Assembly (NCBI GenBank): GCA_045543495.1
Contig: JAZQMO010000010.1
Span: forward strand, 2,240 to 66,239
Source of the DNA: Eubacteriales bacterium
Lineage (GTDB): Bacteria > Bacillota > Clostridia > Oscillospirales > SIG627
Direction: 5' to 3'
Length of the DNA stretch: 64,000 nucleotides
The position numbers and the translations under genes are program-made. The notes beneath the pieces were generated by a model. It did not search any database. It worked only from the letters and a program-made list of their open reading frames with translations, and was not told the DNA's origin. Positions 60,070-64,000 of this stretch are shown one piece after another; within the stretch, counting starts at the first letter, position 1, and every line of letters begins with the position of its first letter.

Positions 60070-60543
60070 ATGAAAAAGAACATCAACACCCTCCCGTTTT
60101 CTCAGCGGGCAAGGGATTATTTTCTGGAAGGGTACAACTGTGCCCAATCGGTTTATGCCGCCTTCGCGCCCGCCCTCGGGGTGGAAGAAAAGAAGGCTCT
60201 GATGCTGGCCTCCCCCTTTGGTGGCGGCTTTGGCAGAATGAGAGAGGTCTGCGGTGCCTTCAGCGGAATGATGCTGGTGGTGGGGGAGATCTTCGGTTAT
60301 TCCGAGCTCTCTTCTCCCGAAAAAGGGGAGCTTTATCCCAGAGTGCAGGAATTGGGAAGGCTGTTTCGGGAGAGATTCGGCAACCTTCGCTGCATTGATC
60401 TGTTGGAGAATAAGGTGCCCGCAGGCGGTGCCGCCTCAGAGAGAACCGGCGAGTACTACGCCACTCGCCCCTGTGCCCGCTTTGTGGAGGGTGCGGCGGA
60501 AATTTTGGAGGACTATTTGAGACAGGAGGGGATTTTGAAATGA
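60070..60543 (+). CDS. C-GCAxxG-C-C family putative redox protein
   Basis: GYNCAQSV, GGGFG...VCGAFSG, later Cys residues; start reassigned to ATG 60070. Confidence 0.88.
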   Translation: MKKNINTLPFSQRARDYFLEGYNCAQSVYAAFAPALGVEEKKALMLASPFGGGFGRMREVCGAFSGMMLVVGEIFGYSELSSPEKGELYPRVQELGRLFRERFGNLRCIDLLENKVPAGGAASERTGEYYATRPCARFVEGAAEILEDYLRQEGILK

Positions 60544-61124
60544 CAAAAGCAAAAAACAAGCTCTTGGATTTGTTTTTGACCTTCATGAAGATCGGCGCCT
60601 TTACCTTCGGCGGCGGTTATGCCATGCTTTCCATTGTGGAAAATGAAATGACGAGCAAGAAAAAATGGCTCACCCATGACGAAATGATGGATATTTTCGT
60701 CATTGCCGAGTCCACTCCCGGCCCCGTTGCCATCAACACCGCTACCTTCGTGGGGTATAAGATCGGCGGCCTTTTCGGCTCCTTCTGTGCCACCTTGGGC
60801 GTGGTGCTGCCTTCCTTTGTTATCATTTTTATCATTTCCGTCTTTTTGAAAAACTTTTTGGAGATCACTTGGGTGGCCAGCGCCTTTCAGGGGATCAAGG
60901 CGGCGGTGGCTTTTCTCATTTTCGGTGCAGGCTGGAAAATGTTTCGCAAAATGAAGAAAAAGGCCTTGGAGCTCTGCATTTTCCTCGGCGCCCTTTTGGT
61001 GATGCTGGCCGTCAATTTTGATCTCTTTTATGTTTCCGCTATTGTGTTCATTCTTTGTGCCGCCGTCATCGGCCTTGTGTGCTACGGCGTTGCCAAAAAA
61101 GGGAAGGGAGGGGATGAAAAATGA
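60540..61124 (+). CDS. Short-chain chromate transporter (CHR), subunit 1
   Basis: KIGAFTFGGGYAM, ESTPGP, LPSF. Confidence 0.92.
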   Translation: MTKAKNKLLDLFLTFMKIGAFTFGGGYAMLSIVENEMTSKKKWLTHDEMMDIFVIAESTPGPVAINTATFVGYKIGGLFGSFCATLGVVLPSFVIIFIISVFLKNFLEITWVASAFQGIKAAVAFLIFGAGWKMFRKMKKKALELCIFLGALLVMLAVNFDLFYVSAIVFILCAAVIGLVCYGVAKKGKGGDEK

Positions 61125-61720
61125 TCACCTGTCTTCGTCTCTTTTGGGAATTTTTCAAGGTTGGCCTGTTCACCTTCGGCGGTGGATACGGTGCCATTCC
61201 CATCATTCGGGATGCGGTTCTCTCAAACCCCTGGATGGGTGTGGATGCAGATCTGTTTTCCTACATTCTCGGCGTGGCCGAGTCCACTCCCGGCCCCATT
61301 ATGATCAATTCTGCCACCTATATCGGCTCCACCACCGCAGGGATTTTGGGATCCTTCTTTGCCACCCTCGGTGTGGTGACTCCGTCCTTTGTGATCATTG
61401 TGCTCATTGCCCGTTTTCTCCGTGGCTTTATGGAGAAAAAGGCGGTTCGCAGTGCGCTGGATGCCATTAAGCCCTGCGTGGTGGGGATCATTTTGGCAAC
61501 GGGCTCCTATCTTTTGCTGTCGGGCATTCTTCCCGAGGTGAACCGTGTTGTCACCGATGGCTTCGGCAGCTTTTTGCTCCCGCAGTTTAAGACCCTTCTC
61601 ATCTTCGGGCTGGTATTCTTGGTTCGCAGCCTTTACAGAATCATCAAAAAGAAAACCATTTCTCCCATTTTGTCCATCGGCATCTCGGCGGTCTTGGGAA
61701 TTTTGGTCTACGGGGTGTAA
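61121..61720 (+). CDS. Short-chain chromate transporter (CHR), subunit 2
   Basis: KVGLFTFGGGYG, ESTPGP..IN.ATYIG. Confidence 0.92.
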   Translation: MITCLRLFWEFFKVGLFTFGGGYGAIPIIRDAVLSNPWMGVDADLFSYILGVAESTPGPIMINSATYIGSTTAGILGSFFATLGVVTPSFVIIVLIARFLRGFMEKKAVRSALDAIKPCVVGIILATGSYLLLSGILPEVNRVVTDGFGSFLLPQFKTLLIFGLVFLVRSLYRIIKKKTISPILSIGISAVLGILVYGV

Positions 61721-61721
61721 T

Positions 61722-61928
61722 ATGGAATTTATGCCTTGGCAAAAGGAATTGATGGAGACCCTTGTGAAAAAGGGCCTTGGTCGGGATGATATTTTTTCGG
61801 TGATGCTGGTTCTCACCAAGGAGGAAAAGGGGCAAAAAATGCTCTCCTTCCTGACTGAGCGGGAGAATGTTACCCCCGATGAGATCTTCGAGCAGGCGGG
61901 AAGGATCGCCTTTGAGGAAAATGCTTGA
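61722..61928 (+). CDS. Hypothetical 68-aa protein
   Basis: ATG 1 nt after the CHR stop, MEFMPWQKELMETL...; fills the gap to the T-box promoter. Confidence 0.6.
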   Translation: MEFMPWQKELMETLVKKGLGRDDIFSVMLVLTKEEKGQKMLSFLTERENVTPDEIFEQAGRIAFEENA

Positions 61929-61959
61929 CTTTTTTTTCATCCTTTGTTATACTGATAAA

Positions 61960-62218
61960 AACCGATGAACAAGAGAAGTAACCCTTCTTCGTCCTTCAAA
62001 GAGAGCCGCCCTTGGTGGAAAAGCGGTAAGGATGGGATTGGTGAATGGCCTTGTGAGGGCGATCCGAACGGGAAACCAAGTAGGTGAGACGGGTCCGACC
62101 GTTACCTCGGCAGTGTATGTCAGTACACAAGCAGTGCGCCCGTCTCGGGCGAATTTGGGTGGTACCGCGGATTTGATTCGCCCCGAACGGTTTTCCGTTC
62201 GGGGCTTTATATTTTTTT
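61960..62218 (+). promoter_or_regulatory. Trp-specific T-box riboswitch with intrinsic terminator
   Basis: Promoter TTGACT-17-TATACT (61925-61953); AGTA and AGAGAG motifs, specifier GAA-TGG (62046-62048), T-box AATTTGGGTGGTACCGCG (62152-62169), terminator GCCCCGAACGG/CCGTTCGGGGC. Confidence 0.93.
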
Positions 62219-62231
62219 GGAGGAAAAAAGG

Positions 62232-62288
62232 ATGGCAAGGCTTTTATGGAAGGAGCGATGGCGTCGTTCCCACGATTTTTTTGCCTAA
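62232..62288 (+). CDS. Putative Trp-containing leader peptide MARLLWKERWRRSHDFFA
   Basis: GGAGG at 62219-62223, 8-nt spacer, 18 codons with two TGG, stop 42 nt before trpB. Confidence 0.45.
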   Translation: MARLLWKERWRRSHDFFA

Positions 62289-62330
62289 CATACCGAATCA
62301 AAGAACAAACCATTTTTTGGAGGATAGATT

Positions 62331-63551
62331 ATGAAATTCAACGGAATTGATTTTGATACTTACTTTAATCAGTATCCCGATAAGAACGGATACTTCGGAA
62401 AATACGGCGGTGTTTACATTGATGAAAAGCTGAAAAACGCGATGGAAGAGATCACCGAGGCGTATTATTCCATTTGTCAGTCCCGCCGCTTCATTGCGGA
62501 ACTCAGACGGATCCGCAAGGAGTTTCAGGGCAGACCTACCCCTGTGACCCATTTGGAGCGCCTGTCCGATTCCTTGGGCGGCAAGGTTCAGCTTTACGCC
62601 AAGCGTGAGGATCTGAACCACTCCGGTGCCCATAAGCTGAACCACTGTATGGGCGAGGCTCTCCTTGCCAAATATATGGGCAAGAAGAAGGTCATTGCCG
62701 AGACCGGCGCAGGTCAGCACGGCGTTGCCCTTGCCACCGCCGCCGCTTATTTCGGCTTGGAGTGCGATATTTATATGGGCTCCGTGGATATTAAGAAGCA
62801 GGCTCCCAATGTGGCAAGAATGAAGATCCTCGGCGCCAATGTGGTGGAGGTGACCCACGGCCTGAAGACCCTGAAGGAAGCGGTGGATGCCGCCTTTGAT
62901 GCATACAGCAAGGAATATAAGGACTGCATTTACTGTATCGGTTCGGTTCTCGGCCCCCATCCCTTCCCCATGATGGTGCGCGATTTTCAGAGCGTGGTGG
63001 GCATTGAAGCAAGAGAGCAGTTTGTGGAAATGACAGGTCATCTGCCCGATGCCATTGTGGCCTGTGTGGGCGGTGGCTCCAACGCCGCAGGCCTGTTTGC
63101 AGGCTTCCTCAACGATCCCGTGGATATCTACGGCATCGAGCCCTTGGGCAGAGGCCCCAAGCTGGGGGATCACGCTGCCAGCTTAAAATACGGCACCGAG
63201 GGCATTATGCACGGCTTCAACAGCATTATGCTGAAGGATGAAAACGGCGATCCCGCTCCCGTTTACTCCGTGGCCAGCGGATTGGACTATCCCTCCTCCG
63301 GCCCCGAGCACGCCTTCTTGCAGGAGATCGGCAGAGTCAAGTACGATGTCATTGATGATGAGGAGACCGTGGATGCCTTCTTCAAGCTTTCCCGCCTTGA
63401 GGGTATCATTCCCGCCATTGAAAGCTCCCACGCCGTTGCCTACGGTATGAAGCTTGCCCAAAAGATGGAGAAGGGCTCCGTTCTTATCAACCTCTCCGGC
63501 AGAGGCGATAAGGATATGGATTATATTTTGGAAAAATACGGCATTCGCTAA
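62331..63551 (+). CDS. trpB: Tryptophan synthase beta chain (stand-alone)
   Basis: [14 protein letters not shown] (PLP Lys), [29 protein letters not shown]. Confidence 0.97.
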   Translation: MKFNGIDFDTYFNQYPDKNGYFGKYGGVYIDEKLKNAMEEITEAYYSICQSRRFIAELRRIRKEFQGRPTPVTHLERLSDSLGGKVQLYAKREDLNHSGAHKLNHCMGEALLAKYMGKKKVIAETGAGQHGVALATAAAYFGLECDIYMGSVDIKKQAPNVARMKILGANVVEVTHGLKTLKEAVDAAFDAYSKEYKDCIYCIGSVLGPHPFPMMVRDFQSVVGIEAREQFVEMTGHLPDAIVACVGGGSNAAGLFAGFLNDPVDIYGIEPLGRGPKLGDHAASLKYGTEGIMHGFNSIMLKDENGDPAPVYSVASGLDYPSSGPEHAFLQEIGRVKYDVIDDEETVDAFFKLSRLEGIIPAIESSHAVAYGMKLAQKMEKGSVLINLSGRGDKDMDYILEKYGIR

Positions 63552-63555
63552 AAGA

Positions 63556-63597
63556 AAAAATCGGCAGATCAAGATCAAGTGATCTGCCGATTTTTTT
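63556..63597. terminator. Bidirectional terminator
   Basis: AAAAAATCGGCAGATC-N10-GATCTGCCGATTTTTT. Confidence 0.85.
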
Positions 63598-64000
63598 ATG
63601 CATCGGGAAAAATGGTGAAGGAGAAGGAGATCTCCTTTTCCGAAAGCTGATACTTTTCTGCCAAAGCGGGGCCGCAGGCTCCCGAGCCGGTGCCCGAAAC
63701 CTTGTAATCCACCCGCAGGTGGATCTTGCCGTCCCGCAGGATCTCATCCTGATGCTTTGCTTTTTGAAGTGCCTCGGCGCTGTATTCTAAAACGGAAAAC
63801 TCCATACTGTCCTCCGCACGGATCCGCAAAGAGCCGATCTTCAATTCCTTGGTGCCGAAGTGGTTTCCGTGCTCCTGCGGCATGGGATAGGGCACATATT
63901 CCTCCCCTGCACGGCTTTCATACAGGCCCACGGGAGAGGCGTGGTGCATATCGCAGTAGCTTTCCAAGGGGCCGTGGCCGTAATAGGAGAAGCGGTCAAA
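63596..64000 (-). CDS. GH2 beta-galactosidase C-terminal domain (5' part outside window)
   Basis: Frame open to the window edge: FSYYGHGPLESYCD, YVPYPMPQEHGN, DYKVSGTGSGACGP. Confidence 0.8.
   Translation of the reverse strand, partial: FDRFSYYGHGPLESYCDMHHASPVGLYESRAGEEYVPYPMPQEHGNHFGTKELKIGSLRIRAEDSMEFSVLEYSAEALQKAKHQDEILRDGKIHLRVDYKVSGTGSGACGPALAEKYQLSEKEISFSFTIFPDA

Noticed and set aside
61996-62334. ORFs 62032-62334(+) and 61996-62313(-)
   Set aside because: They overlap the T-box riboswitch and its terminator and are not credible proteins

Overview
Chromosomal window from a spore-forming Bacillota/Clostridia bacterium (inferred from spoIIGA-sigE, rpsD inside the alpha operon, a T-box and gene content). 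1-18.1 kb is core translation: 5'-truncated ffh, rpsP, khpA, then the full S10-spc-alpha cluster (rpsJ to rplQ, with secY, adk, map, infA, rpoA) behind a long structured leader. It is followed by pgk-tpiA and a tRNA-Thr(CGU) locus whose upstream region holds a duplicated tRNA 5' half with a ~108-nt structured insert in its D-loop. Next is a tandem array of five mosaic neutral-ceramidase-family paralogs (22.7-29.6 kb) and ylmH-GNAT-copA, where copA has an internal in-frame SD+ATG that could yield a free CopZ. The rest holds argG, an RpiR/phosphodiesterase/AEC-carrier operon, rsmI, ACT+UPF0210, a Na/Pi symporter, MarR+ABC exporter, proBAC, a D,D-carboxypeptidase, galE, an LDH/MDH-family enzyme, spoIIGA-sigE, efp, a chromate-transporter pair, a Trp T-box plus a Trp-codon leader sORF before a stand-alone trpB, and the 3' end of a GH2 beta-galactosidase. 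No CRISPR, integrase or transposase was recognised. All calls are by motif recognition; no database searches were run.
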